DNA from: Candidatus Hodarchaeota archaeon
GTDB lineage: Archaea > Asgardarchaeota > Heimdallarchaeia > Hodarchaeales > Hodarchaeaceae
Assembly: GCA_016840035.1 (NCBI GenBank)
Contig: JAEOTC010000038.1
Coordinates: forward strand, 78,760 to 142,759
DNA: 64,000 nt
Direction: 5' to 3'
This document shows positions 1 to 9,962 of the stretch, piece by piece. Position numbers and translations under genes: made by a program. How positions within the stretch are numbered: the first letter of the stretch is position 1; each line of letters begins with the position of its first letter. The notes beneath the pieces are model-generated. The model did not search any database and had not been told where the DNA came from. It worked only from the letters and a program-made list of their open reading frames with translations.

Positions 1-245
1 AGAGCACTTACTCCTGCCCAATGATCAGGGTGGGTATGAGTTAGGACTAAATACTTAATATCTGAAGTATCTCTACCTTCTTTCTTCACAAAAGATATTA
101 TATCTTTCCCAACTGATCTTGAAGGTAAATCAATTATTGCAATCTTTTCCCCCATGACCAGATAACTGGCAAATTCTTCTTCTTGCTTACCTGTTTTTCC
201 TACAATCCGAAAAACTCCTGGTGCCCATTCTACAAAGTTTCCCAA
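1..245 (-). CDS. Metallo-beta-lactamase-fold hydrolase (partial, runs off window start)
   Basis: Manual translation from TTG at 245 (AGGTGA upstream): ...IAIIDLP...YLVLTHTHPDHWAG, the HxHxDH motif. Confidence 0.85.
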   Translation of the reverse strand, partial: MGNFVEWAPGVFRIVGKTGKQEEEFASYLVMGEKIAIIDLPSRSVGKDIISFVKKEGRDTSDIKYLVLTHTHPDHWAGVSA

Positions 246-418
246 AAATATTCACCTATTTCAGTTTGATGTGACTTTTTCTGAATAAAACCCTCGTAAT
301 TTCTTTATTAATGCTTTTTGGTGGAGGAGGTCGCTTTTCTGTAAAAGATTTTCTCTGCAACAATAAAGGATAATTTTTAAAAAGAATCTCTAGAATCAAG
401 ATCGTATATGAGAGTCCT

Positions 419-1450
419 TTGAGGGATACCATATTGAACTTAGACGAATTAATCGAACATGGTTTTATACCAACCATTGATCCTACTTCCCCGGATTCAC
501 TAGCTAGTCAAGGAGCCAATGCTTTTCTTGCTGAATATGGAGGAGTAGTTGAAGAAGTAGCACTTGTTTGTAAAAAAGAGGACGGTTTAGTTACTTTTCG
601 AAGTGGAGCCGCTCCTAGTGACCGTAATTATGAAAACTTTTTCACAGACTTTACCGAATTAGCTAATGACCTTGGTATGAAAACCCATGCCTTTTCCTAT
701 GCTTTTGGTGATTCTTATCTTGGATCAGATCCAAATTATTCAATAGGTCGCTCTGATGGGACACTCATGACGACTTATGTTGATCCAAGTATGGAGGGAT
801 ACTGGAAACATCTTAGTCAAATTTCACGTGAGGTTGCTCGTAAACCTATTAGGTCATTAGTTCTGCAAGAATTTCTATTTCCTAGACAGGAGTTTTCTTT
901 TTCAAAGAGAGCTGTTCGAAAATTCGCAGAATTATCAGGTGTAAGCTTAGACACGAGTTACCTTGACATTCAAAAAGACCCTTCAATTCAACGAATGTTT
1001 GAAGATTGGCGTACTGATCTCATAAGCAGAGCATTTCGTCAAGCCGTAGAAAACGCAAGAAGCGAACGTCCAAGTTTAGACATAGGCATGGTCGTACCTG
1101 TCGATCCTGAAACAGAATGGCACAACGGATTTGTGCGTCATTATGGGATAAATCTGGATAGAATTATCGAAATTTGTGGTTATGTTATTTATCACATTAT
1201 GCCCTATTCCCCTATGTACCCTGAGCCAGGTTCCCCTAGTTGGGATACTCTAACGCAAGCCCTCCGTAGTTCCAATCTCTATGAAGAAAGTGGATATAAA
1301 AAAGCCCTTTTTGTCTGGGGCTTGGATTCAGAAGACGATGTCACGTGGTTAGAAACTTTAAAACAAGAAGTTAATGCTGATAAAATATTCGCACGTCTAG
1401 AATATCCGGAGAAATATTCTGTGAAGCGTGAAATACACCGTGGGGTATAA
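419..1450 (+). CDS. Putative glycoside-hydrolase-like TIM-barrel protein
   Basis: 343 aa; pattern (G.VTFRS, YVDP, F..WR..LI, IMPYS) resembles GHL10/DUF187-type barrels; function unclear. Confidence 0.45.
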   Translation: MRDTILNLDELIEHGFIPTIDPTSPDSLASQGANAFLAEYGGVVEEVALVCKKEDGLVTFRSGAAPSDRNYENFFTDFTELANDLGMKTHAFSYAFGDSYLGSDPNYSIGRSDGTLMTTYVDPSMEGYWKHLSQISREVARKPIRSLVLQEFLFPRQEFSFSKRAVRKFAELSGVSLDTSYLDIQKDPSIQRMFEDWRTDLISRAFRQAVENARSERPSLDIGMVVPVDPETEWHNGFVRHYGINLDRIIEICGYVIYHIMPYSPMYPEPGSPSWDTLTQALRSSNLYEESGYKKALFVWGLDSEDDVTWLETLKQEVNADKIFARLEYPEKYSVKREIHRGV

Positions 1451-1457
1451 ATCCCGA

Positions 1458-1910
1458 CTATTTTTGGTTCCAATGCGCATAACGTCGAATATAATCGCCA
1501 ACCTGATTTTGAAAGACCCTTCGATTTCGCTTCCATTGGCGCGCAGCAGTCGCATTTAGGGGGTCATCGGGATTGGGACTTGTTAGAAGGAATCGAATTG
1601 TCTCCACCACCTGCACTAAACTATAAGCTGGACTCCAATCCTTCCCAAGAATACCTACACACACTTTTTCTCTGAATATGTTCACATGCCAAATGGGAGT
1701 CTTAAACCTGACCTTTGGAGGTTCAAATGGATAACTACGAGGAATTTTTATTTCAATTACAAACACTCCCCCCTCATATAACCCAGATCCTAAAATTTCA
1801 CCTTTCCAGAAAGTCAAATCGTTGTTAACTGATCTAAAAGTTGGTTGTTCCCGAGTCAACTCTTGAGCTTCGATTGCAAGTCGATCTAACCATTCTTCTT
1901 CAGTTAACAG
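1458..1910 (-). CDS. Ubiquitin-conjugating enzyme E2
   Basis: YEGGVF, YPFEPPKVRF.TPIWHVNI, catalytic Cys in KVCVGIL.DWSPA, PNPDDPLN. Frame is open upstream of the track start (1859) and encodes helix 1; CTG at 1910 proposed as start. Confidence 0.92.
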   Translation of the reverse strand: MLTEEEWLDRLAIEAQELTREQPTFRSVNNDLTFWKGEILGSGLYEGGVFVIEIKIPRSYPFEPPKVRFKTPIWHVNIFREKVCVGILGKDWSPAYSLVQVVETIRFLLTSPNPDDPLNATAARQWKRNRRVFQNQVGDYIRRYAHWNQK

Positions 1911-2157
1911 ATCTTTTTCACCCTTATTTTTCTCTATATTAAAGGACTGGAACTTTGTTAATAAGTATAAGCAAATGAACCTTAATTATTACTTTCAATA
2001 GATTGGGTATAAAATTAGGTTTATAGGAAAGATGAATTCTAGAAAAGACATAATCTGACAATAACATTTTTATTTATTTCAGAAGGCATAAACTTACAAT
2101 CAAACTTCCCTATACCACAATCTCCGAAAAAAAATACTTGAAAGGTGACTCTGTTAA

Positions 2158-2454
2158 ATGAGTGAAGCATACTTAGACATCCTCGAGAGGTTTACAAAGA
2201 TCCAAGAAATTATGATTCTAGATGATAAGGAGTATCGGAAAAATCCGAAAAAAACCGCCAGAATCGCAAGCATGCTAGTAATGGCGAGTCTTTATTCGAG
2301 ATTCTCCTTAGATCGTCAATATGCAGTATTCAAAGCCATGAAACAATCGATGCGTGAGAAGCTTGATAGTTTTAAGGCACTAGGGGATTCCGTTGATGAT
2401 ATTGCAGCAACCCTGATTTATGCATCTGAAGTTAATAAAAGCAAAACAGGCTAA
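2158..2454 (+). CDS. Hypothetical helical protein
   Basis: 98 aa ORF with AGGTGA upstream of ATG. Confidence 0.6.
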   Translation: MSEAYLDILERFTKIQEIMILDDKEYRKNPKKTARIASMLVMASLYSRFSLDRQYAVFKAMKQSMREKLDSFKALGDSVDDIAATLIYASEVNKSKTG

Positions 2455-2668
2455 TGATCAGAATTTCTAGTCAATACAGGTTATTAATCATTAAACCCGA
2501 TTTCATCCACGATAATTCTTCTTTTCCTTTACTCTTATATTTGGATTAGATAGCCATTCAGTAGACTAATTCAACAATAGAAGGAATTGGTTGGTATGTC
2601 TACAATCTAAGCTGGTATTAGAACTTAAATAGTAATCTACCAGTTGAAATGCAATCTATACAAAGAAG

Positions 2669-2790
2669 AATTAAGAGGGGGGAGGGAGGGGATCCAGCGC
2701 TAATAAAAAACAGAGTTTTTTGGCACGCTGAATCCCAAGGTATTCTCGTTTTTCTTCCAACCATACTAGAAGTGAATGATTGGACAAGAA
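2669..2790 (-). ncRNA. Candidate structured RNA A (two hairpins plus CU-rich tail)
   Basis: Minus-strand stems TCCAATCAT/ATGGTTGGA and GGGATTCAGCG/CGCTGGATCCC, both with G-U pairs that form only on this strand; TTATATA box at 2814-2808. Confidence 0.4.
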
Positions 2791-2985
2791 AGCTTCCGTT
2801 GTAGAACTATATAATATTTTTTGTAAGGTACCCGAAAAAAGCCCTCTTTCTCTTTGCAGATAATATACTTACTTCGTACTTAGTTCTCTCGAATAGCATT
2901 TAGCTTAGATTTCTATCAACTAGTAACAAAATCCTTAGAGAGTATTTAAGCTCGAAAGAATTTTAAACACTCCCTTATTTGCTTT

Positions 2986-3129
2986 TTCTGAGGCGAAATA
3001 ACATGTGGGATTGCCAAATGCTTGAATCACTTTGAACTCTTTTCTGGTCTCTTTCAAGCTAATGTTTTACTTCGCCTAAGCAGAATTGAAACACGGAATT
3101 TTGCGGATCCCTCAACTCCTCTCTTAATT
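2986..3129 (+). ncRNA. Candidate structured RNA B or metG leader
   Basis: Nested stems AGGCGAA/TTCGCCT, AACAT/ATGTT, GCTTGAA/TTCAAGC; TTTTAAA about 25 nt upstream; 3' motif shared with RNA A. Confidence 0.35.
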
Positions 3130-3175
3130 ATATTTGATAATTATAATAGTAGAAGTAAAAATCAGTATTTAGGAT

Positions 3176-5266
3176 GTGTCTTACTTGGAAGATTTAACTG
3201 ATAAGAAATTTGTTGTGTGTCCCGCGTGGCCTTACGTGAATGCTGTTCCTCATCTCGGAACAGTGTTACATTTACTTAGTGCGGATATATATGTTCGTTA
3301 CTTAAGGCTTCGTGGAGCAAATGTAATCTCAGCTACTGGTTCAGACTGTCATGGAACACCAATAGAGGTGGCTGCGCTAGCCACTGGAATATCACCTGAA
3401 AAATTGGTAGAACAACATCATGCTCAAATTTTAGACTTACTGCGGAAATGGAATATTGATCTAAATTATTCAAAAACAGAGAGCTCGCACCATTATTCTT
3501 GGGTACAGGATTTCTATCATCGATGTTTCGAAAATGGATTTATTTTCAGTAAAGAAATTGAACAATTGTACTGTGAGACAGACAAGCGTTTCCTACCCGA
3601 CAGATTCGTTGAAGGAACCTGTCCTCACTGTGAAACCCCAGGAGCTCGTGGAGATCAATGTGATTCCCCTTCTTGTGGAAAACCATTAAGTCCTGTTGAG
3701 TTAATAAATCCTGTGTGTAAAATTTGTGGAAAACCACCTATTACTAAAGTTACAACTCAATGGTATTATGATTTCAGTGCTTTCCAAGAAGAATTGACCG
3801 ATTTTATTAACAAGAATGAAAATTTCCCTGATAATGCACGTAAATTCTCAAATCATATCCTTCAGGAAGGATTACAAGCCCGAACTTTAACACGTGATCT
3901 CGCATGGGGAATACCTGCTGGGCCCGCAATACCTGGAGCAGAAGGAAAATCGATCTATGTATGGTTGGAAGCAGTTTTAGGATATGTTTCAGCATCAGCA
4001 GAATTAGGATTACGTTTATACAAAGACCCTGATTTTTGGAAACAATTTTGGCTTGAACAAGATACTCGGACTATTTTCTTTATTGGAAAAGACAATATTT
4101 TCTTTCATACACTTTTATTTCCAGCTCTTTTATTGGGAACTAAAGATACTTATGGTAAGCCATTTGTTCTTCCATACAATGTTAGTACAACCGAATTTCT
4201 TATTTTTGAGGAGGACAAATTTAGTAAATCCAGAGGTATAGGTGTCTGGATTGATGAAGCTGCCAAGCTCCTTCCTACTGATTATTGGAGGTATTATTTA
4301 GCAGCGACACGTCCAGAAATTAAAGATACGTCATTTACTTGGACTGAATTTGAGCAACGTGTAAACAATGATCTTAATGACGTATTAGGGAACTATATTC
4401 ATCGTGTCTTTGTACTAATTCACAAGTACTTTGAAGGAAAAATCCCAGAATGCCACAGGTTAGATACTACCGATAGAGAATTTGTTTCAGCCATAAATAA
4501 TGTTCCTGAGGCTGTAGCAGACCATTTTGACAATTTTGAATTTAAAAAAGCAGTCGCTGCAATCATTGATTTCGCTCGTGTCGCCAATGGATATCTAAGT
4601 ACAAAAGAACCCTGGAAATTAATAAAATCTGATCCTACAACAGTTGAAACTACATTATACCTTTGTGCTCAATCAGTTGCGACTTTAAGTGTTATTTTAT
4701 CACCTATTATTCCCGACACTGTGAAAAAAATTTGGGAAATCCTGAAACAGGATGGAAGTGTCCACGACCAGCAATTAGAGGATGCTGGAAAGCTAAGATT
4801 AGATCCAGGATCAGTCATTTTAGAATCAAAACCCCTTTTTGCTAAGGTTGAAAGCGAAGAATTACAGAAGGAACTCAACGCTATTCATAAAACGGAGTCT
4901 AAAAAACCAAAAAAGGTGAAAAAATTGCCAGATAGAGAAACAATTCCATTCAAAGATTTTGAGAGACTTGATATCCGAATAGGTACAATCATTAAAGCAG
5001 AAAAAGTTCCTAAAGCCAAGAATCTATTGAAACTAAGAGTAGATCTAGGCGAAGACATCGGAGAAAGACAGCTAGTCGCTGGACTTGCATCTTTTCGTGA
5101 CCCTAAAGACTTAATTAACCAAAGAATCACGGTTATAGTTAATCTGGAACCTACAACAATCAGAGGGGTCAGATCTGAAGGAATGCTCCTCGCTGCAGTC
5201 GAAGGTAAGGAATTAGGATTAATAGTCCCTGATAAAAATATCGCTAATGGCACTAGAGTTAGCTAA
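3176..5266 (+). CDS. metG: Methionyl-tRNA synthetase
   Basis: PYVNAVPHLG (HIGH), zinc knuckle, KFSKS, C-terminal tRNA-binding OB domain. Confidence 0.97.
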   Translation: MSYLEDLTDKKFVVCPAWPYVNAVPHLGTVLHLLSADIYVRYLRLRGANVISATGSDCHGTPIEVAALATGISPEKLVEQHHAQILDLLRKWNIDLNYSKTESSHHYSWVQDFYHRCFENGFIFSKEIEQLYCETDKRFLPDRFVEGTCPHCETPGARGDQCDSPSCGKPLSPVELINPVCKICGKPPITKVTTQWYYDFSAFQEELTDFINKNENFPDNARKFSNHILQEGLQARTLTRDLAWGIPAGPAIPGAEGKSIYVWLEAVLGYVSASAELGLRLYKDPDFWKQFWLEQDTRTIFFIGKDNIFFHTLLFPALLLGTKDTYGKPFVLPYNVSTTEFLIFEEDKFSKSRGIGVWIDEAAKLLPTDYWRYYLAATRPEIKDTSFTWTEFEQRVNNDLNDVLGNYIHRVFVLIHKYFEGKIPECHRLDTTDREFVSAINNVPEAVADHFDNFEFKKAVAAIIDFARVANGYLSTKEPWKLIKSDPTTVETTLYLCAQSVATLSVILSPIIPDTVKKIWEILKQDGSVHDQQLEDAGKLRLDPGSVILESKPLFAKVESEELQKELNAIHKTESKKPKKVKKLPDRETIPFKDFERLDIRIGTIIKAEKVPKAKNLLKLRVDLGEDIGERQLVAGLASFRDPKDLINQRITVIVNLEPTTIRGVRSEGMLLAAVEGKELGLIVPDKNIANGTRVS

Positions 5267-5311
5267 AGTTTAATAAAACCCAGTTCCCATTCAGAGTTTA
5301 GGGATGAGTTT

Positions 5312-6445
5312 ATGCCTGAATGGGATTTAATTCTTTACACAGACGAAAAACAGAAAAATGTTCTGAATAAACTAAAACTTTCTGATAAAACTTTGTCCGC
5401 TGCGGGCCAACACGGAAAAGCCACTATTCTCGTGGATCATCAGGGGAAAGAATGGCTTTTGAAGATTTTCTCTAATATTCTAGATTTAGAGGTAAAAAAA
5501 GTATCCGACTTGGATATCGATATTCAAGATACTCCCGAACGGAGTCGTGACCGACTTCATTTATGGCGAGTATTAAATGAGATTACAGCATCACGACTTG
5601 GAAGACGTTTGTACCTAAATGTTCCCGAAACACGGATAATTTGTTCAGGTAAGGTTGCCAAATTTAAGTTAAAGTCCTCAACAGTCCTTAAAGAAGAAGA
5701 TGTGGTAGTTTTAGATGAGGAAGAGGAAGAAGGGGAATCAGCAGAGGAATTTTATTCTTTTTCTGAGCGAGAAATTGGGTCTTTGAAAACTTCTGATCGG
5801 TTTGAAGAAATTCTAGCTCAAAAAAGTCCACGGAAAAATCCCACAGATATTTTAGCTCTTCTCCAAGAAAAAGTTCCAGATTCTCGGAATATTGATGAAT
5901 ACTTAGATGATCATAAGGCCGATTTAGATGCAGCCTTTGAAAATATTCAAAGCATAGATGATGCTTTTCTCCTTCTGCCTTTTGATATCTGGTTAAACGA
6001 TCCTGATCGAAATGCTGGCAATTATTTAGTCCAGCTGAACGAGAAAAATGAAGCTTCACGAATTTGGGGGATAGATTATGAAATGTGGTCCTTTGGAAGC
6101 GATATTTGGATGGAAGAAGATAATGTAACCCAAGGAAGAAGTTATCTTACCGCAATAATCCATCCAAAAAGTCATATTTTCGATTCACGGGTCAATCAAA
6201 CATTCTACAGAATAAGAATGCTTTCCGATGAGGAAATAGTTCAAATGACTAAAGCTCCTCAATTGGCTTGTAAGTTTTTCGAATTCCACATAAATACGGG
6301 CGATCTACACCCTGATGAGAGAGATAAATTAAAGCAAGTGGAGATTAACCTTGAAGATTTTCTGATTGAGTCCCGTCCACGTTCAGATAAATTAAGTGAA
6401 ATCATCACACGTCAAATAGGTTTACCTAAAGACTTTAAGACTTGA
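5312..6445 (+). CDS. HipA-like / PI3K-PI4K-fold atypical kinase
   Basis: WLLK, NE..ASRLG..L.LNVPET, FDIWLNDPDRNAGNYL, IDYE motifs. Confidence 0.7.
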   Translation: MPEWDLILYTDEKQKNVLNKLKLSDKTLSAAGQHGKATILVDHQGKEWLLKIFSNILDLEVKKVSDLDIDIQDTPERSRDRLHLWRVLNEITASRLGRRLYLNVPETRIICSGKVAKFKLKSSTVLKEEDVVVLDEEEEEGESAEEFYSFSEREIGSLKTSDRFEEILAQKSPRKNPTDILALLQEKVPDSRNIDEYLDDHKADLDAAFENIQSIDDAFLLLPFDIWLNDPDRNAGNYLVQLNEKNEASRIWGIDYEMWSFGSDIWMEEDNVTQGRSYLTAIIHPKSHIFDSRVNQTFYRIRMLSDEEIVQMTKAPQLACKFFEFHINTGDLHPDERDKLKQVEINLEDFLIESRPRSDKLSEIITRQIGLPKDFKT

Positions 6446-6470
6446 AAATAAATTGGTAAATTTCGGGTCT

Positions 6471-7649
6471 TCATAAAACAGCACTCTCAAGCAAGTTCTT
6501 TGTCTTTAAGGCCATCATGTATTCTTCATCGGTAGGAATAACCACAACTTCTATTTTGGATTCTGAAGATGAAATAATCACTTCTTCCTCTCCATTAGCT
6601 CCCTCGTTCTTTGAGATATCAATGGAAACATCTATACTATTCAGTCCCTTCACTATCAGTCTTCGAAAGTAAGAAGATCTCTCACCTATCCCACCTGTGA
6701 ACACAATCGCGTCTAATCCTCCCAAAGCAATAAGGTACGCTCCAATATATTTCCGAATTCTGTAGGCAGCCATCTGAACAGCTAATTCTGCAGAGTGACT
6801 CCCCTTCAGAGCACTTTCCTGGATATCCCGCATATCTCTAAAATTCCCTGTAATTCCCAATAAGCCACTCCTTGAATTTAATTCTTGATCGATTTGATCA
6901 ATGGTCAAATTTCCAGAACGCATCATAGCTAGTATTAAACCTGGGTCTATATCCCCCGATCGCGTGCCCATTATTAGGCCCTCTAAAGGAGTTAACCCCA
7001 TACTTGTATCAATTGATTTTCCATCATATACAGCTGTTACTGAAGCTCCATTCCCAAGATGTAAGACGATTAGCTTTTTAGATTTCTTTAAACTAAGTAA
7101 ACTTCTCGTTCTATTAGTCACATATTCAATAGATGTTCCATGAAACCCATATCTCCGGAAAGAATTTTCCTCATACCACTTTCCTGAAATCGCATATCTG
7201 TATGCATATTCTGGAATCGTAGCATGAAAAGAAGTATCAAAAACTGCAATATGAGGAATAGCTGTTAATTTTTTTTTACTAGCTCGGATTCCAATTAGAT
7301 TAGCGGGATTATGAAGTGGGGCAAGCTTTGATAGTTTTTCTATCTGAGATTCAACCTCAGTATCAATGATCAATTCTCTTCGGAACTGTTCTCCCCCATG
7401 TACTACACGGTGAGCTACAGCTTTAATCGTATTAATGTCGAAGAATGTTAAGACATAATCTACAGCCTCTTCATGAGTAGCACAACTTATTACCTTGGTA
7501 ACTTCCTCCTCCTTGCTTTTATGATATATCTTTGGTTCAGGGAGGCCTATTCGTTCCACTAATCCTTTAGCTATTAGCTGTTCTTTCTCCATGTTATAGA
7601 TCGAATATTTTAGAGAGGAAGATCCTGAATTTATCGTTAAAATTGTCAA
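6471..7649 (-). CDS. ackA: Acetate kinase
   Basis: INSGSSSLKY, HRVVHGG, APLHNPANL, RRYGFHGTS, HLGNGAS, DTSMGLTPLEGL, FTGGIGE, IPTDEE. Confidence 0.97.
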   Translation of the reverse strand: MTILTINSGSSSLKYSIYNMEKEQLIAKGLVERIGLPEPKIYHKSKEEEVTKVISCATHEEAVDYVLTFFDINTIKAVAHRVVHGGEQFRRELIIDTEVESQIEKLSKLAPLHNPANLIGIRASKKKLTAIPHIAVFDTSFHATIPEYAYRYAISGKWYEENSFRRYGFHGTSIEYVTNRTRSLLSLKKSKKLIVLHLGNGASVTAVYDGKSIDTSMGLTPLEGLIMGTRSGDIDPGLILAMMRSGNLTIDQIDQELNSRSGLLGITGNFRDMRDIQESALKGSHSAELAVQMAAYRIRKYIGAYLIALGGLDAIVFTGGIGERSSYFRRLIVKGLNSIDVSIDISKNEGANGEEEVIISSSESKIEVVVIPTDEEYMMALKTKNLLESAVL

Positions 7650-7659
7650 AAAGACCCCT

Positions 7660-9108
7660 CTAGTAGGTACCTTTAGGTGTATCAGTCCCTTTTACAATAG
7701 CAATGGATGCTGATGCACCAATCCTAGTTGCTCCAGCGTTTATCATCTGCTCTGCAATCTCGTGAGTTCTTATCCCTCCAGCTGCTTTTACACCCATTTC
7801 TGGACCTACTGTTTTTCTCATCAGAGCAATATCCTCAACTAATGCTCCTGCAGTACTGAAACCTGTAGAAGTTTTAACAAAATCTGCTCCACTTAATTTT
7901 GTTAACAGACTACCTTTAACTATTTGTTCCTTGGTTAGTAGAGCAGTTTCAAGAATGACCTTTACTATGGCTTTCCCTGCAGCGGCATTTACTACCGCTT
8001 GGATATCCTCCCTAACTAAGTCATCGTTACCTGATTTCAACGCTCCCACGTTAATAACCATGTCTACTTCATCTGCTCCATTTGCTACAGCATCTCGAGT
8101 TTCAATTGCCTTTACGGTGGGGGTAGTTGCTCCTAATGGAAATCCAATTACAGTACATACTTTCACTGAGCTACTTTTCAAATATTTGGCTGCTTTTGCT
8201 ACATTTGTAGGATTAATACATACTGATGCGAATTTATACGTTGCAGCTTCTTCACATAGTTGTTTAATCTCTTCTTCAGTTGCATCTGCACGGAGATTAG
8301 TATGGTCGATATACTGAGCAAGCTCCATATCATACCCATTTATCCCTGTCTCAGAGGTAATTCTTGTTGCTCCTCCATTAACTAATGCTTTAACAGCAGC
8401 TTGAGACTTTCCATCTAATCCAATCTCTTTCCCTGAAGTCCCAATTGTGTATGATCGATCAGAGGTGGTTGGGATATAGGGAGAGGGTTCTTGATCAGTT
8501 ATCTGATGAACATCAACAATTTTGATTCCCATAGTCCTTAATTGATCAATAATTCCCTCAATACGTCTATTCATTGCAGGTGGGACTTGATCTTTCTCAA
8601 TCTGACAACAGTAGATGGAATCATATGCTGCAATAACTGGTTTTCCATACATCAATCCAAATACTAGGGTTATAGTTCCCAAGGAATCTGCGTTCAAGGC
8701 CGCTACTTTAGCTGCAGTATTTAAGGATAATATAGGCACATAAATAACATCTACCCGACTTAAAATATTGTCAAAAAACTGTTCAGAATAATCAGTAATA
8801 ATTGTGGCTCCTTCAGAGACTTGTCTAATATCAGGTAAACCAATTATTTTTATTGCTGCACGAGTCATTACGATGTAAGTATTAGTATACGATTTTGAGA
8901 TTTTTTCTATTTGGTGCATAACTTCATTAATCTCTTTATTCCCCCCACATAGTAGAATTAAAGCTGAGTTTCCTGAAGCTATTGTATAATTGATTTTCCG
9001 ATTAGAAGTCTGTAAATTCGAATCGAACTGTTGTTTGGGAGCGAGATTATCTTGATCAAGCTTCCTCATCACTTCTTCAGTGATTTTCTGTATCATCTCA
9101 TTACTCAT
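7660..9108 (-). CDS. deoC: Deoxyribose-phosphate aldolase with N-terminal encapsulation peptide and flavoprotein-like domain
   Basis: C-terminal [36 protein letters not shown] (Schiff-base Lys), GVKAAGGIR; extra ~260 aa N-terminal region ([12 protein letters not shown]). Confidence 0.92.
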   Translation of the reverse strand: MSNEMIQKITEEVMRKLDQDNLAPKQQFDSNLQTSNRKINYTIASGNSALILLCGGNKEINEVMHQIEKISKSYTNTYIVMTRAAIKIIGLPDIRQVSEGATIITDYSEQFFDNILSRVDVIYVPILSLNTAAKVAALNADSLGTITLVFGLMYGKPVIAAYDSIYCCQIEKDQVPPAMNRRIEGIIDQLRTMGIKIVDVHQITDQEPSPYIPTTSDRSYTIGTSGKEIGLDGKSQAAVKALVNGGATRITSETGINGYDMELAQYIDHTNLRADATEEEIKQLCEEAATYKFASVCINPTNVAKAAKYLKSSSVKVCTVIGFPLGATTPTVKAIETRDAVANGADEVDMVINVGALKSGNDDLVREDIQAVVNAAAGKAIVKVILETALLTKEQIVKGSLLTKLSGADFVKTSTGFSTAGALVEDIALMRKTVGPEMGVKAAGGIRTHEIAEQMINAGATRIGASASIAIVKGTDTPKGTY

Positions 9109-9128
9109 TTTCTTTACCCAAAATTATT

Positions 9129-9419
9129 TTAACTTAATTCAGTTTGTTTTCCATCCACTTCAATATAATCAATAACACCTACTATTAATGCATCCACAGC
9201 GGCTTTGTCATTATGCATTATACCTCGTATAGAGTTACCTTCTCGGATAACAAGGACACAATCCCCGATTCCAGATTTGGCTACATCTAGAGCGATGATA
9301 GAAGGCTCAGTGAAATTTCCTTTCAGATCTATCGGACGTACCACAAGTATTTTTCCGTTTTCATGACTCTCAGTTTTAATTGGAGCAACTACATTGCCGA
9401 TTACTTTAGCAAGAATCAT
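9129..9419 (-). CDS. eutN: BMC-P vertex (pentamer) shell protein, EutN/CcmL family
   Basis: MILAKVIGNVVA.IK...IALD...GIGD.VLV..EG...DA.IVGVID. Confidence 0.93.
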   Translation of the reverse strand: MILAKVIGNVVAPIKTESHENGKILVVRPIDLKGNFTEPSIIALDVAKSGIGDCVLVIREGNSIRGIMHNDKAAVDALIVGVIDYIEVDGKQTELS

Positions 9420-9958
9420 TCTGTTTCACTTTCTACAATTTTTGGTTTAATTTCACGAATCTTTTTTGGTTTCTTCTTTCGAGTGGCCCTTTTTCTTGGT
9501 TTTGGTTTAACTACGGGCTTAATTTCTTCAACTACTTCGGGTTCCTCTACTTTCGTTTTCGGGATCGGTTCAAGTATCTCCTCTTTGGGAATTTCCCCGA
9601 TTTCTTCATCTAGACTTATATCAACTTGTTTTAATGTTGCTGGAGGGGCCTTCTTCTTCTTTCTCTTCTGAGGTTTGCGTTTTGCACTTTTTGTAACATA
9701 ATATTCCTCAATATATCCAACTATACACTCATCAATCGGAACGAGTTCCTTTGGAAAGACAATAGCTGCCTCCTTTTTACTTACTACATACACAATATCT
9801 CCAGGTCCTGCAGTTTCAATGCCATCAGCGGCAACATATGGACTTCCCAAGGGTTGAAGATTATCATCTAGACCTTGAACTACTAGAAGTCGGAGAGAAT
9901 TTAATCCTGGATCTTTTGTTGAGGCAACAACATTCCCTATTACTTTTCCAAGTTTCAT
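9416..9958 (-). CDS. BMC-P vertex protein with long charged C-terminal tail
   Basis: MKLGKVIGNVVASTKD...VAADGI..AGPGD...PIDECIVGYIE followed by ~90 aa Lys/Glu/Pro-rich tail. Confidence 0.9.
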   Translation of the reverse strand: MKLGKVIGNVVASTKDPGLNSLRLLVVQGLDDNLQPLGSPYVAADGIETAGPGDIVYVVSKKEAAIVFPKELVPIDECIVGYIEEYYVTKSAKRKPQKRKKKKAPPATLKQVDISLDEEIGEIPKEEILEPIPKTKVEEPEVVEEIKPVVKPKPRKRATRKKKPKKIREIKPKIVESETE

Positions 9959-9962
9959 GTAA

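Noticed and set aside
256-477. 73-aa minus-strand ORF
   Set aside because: Overlaps the start of 419-1450 and spans a divergent promoter region; no recognisable motif, though a small gene cannot be excluded
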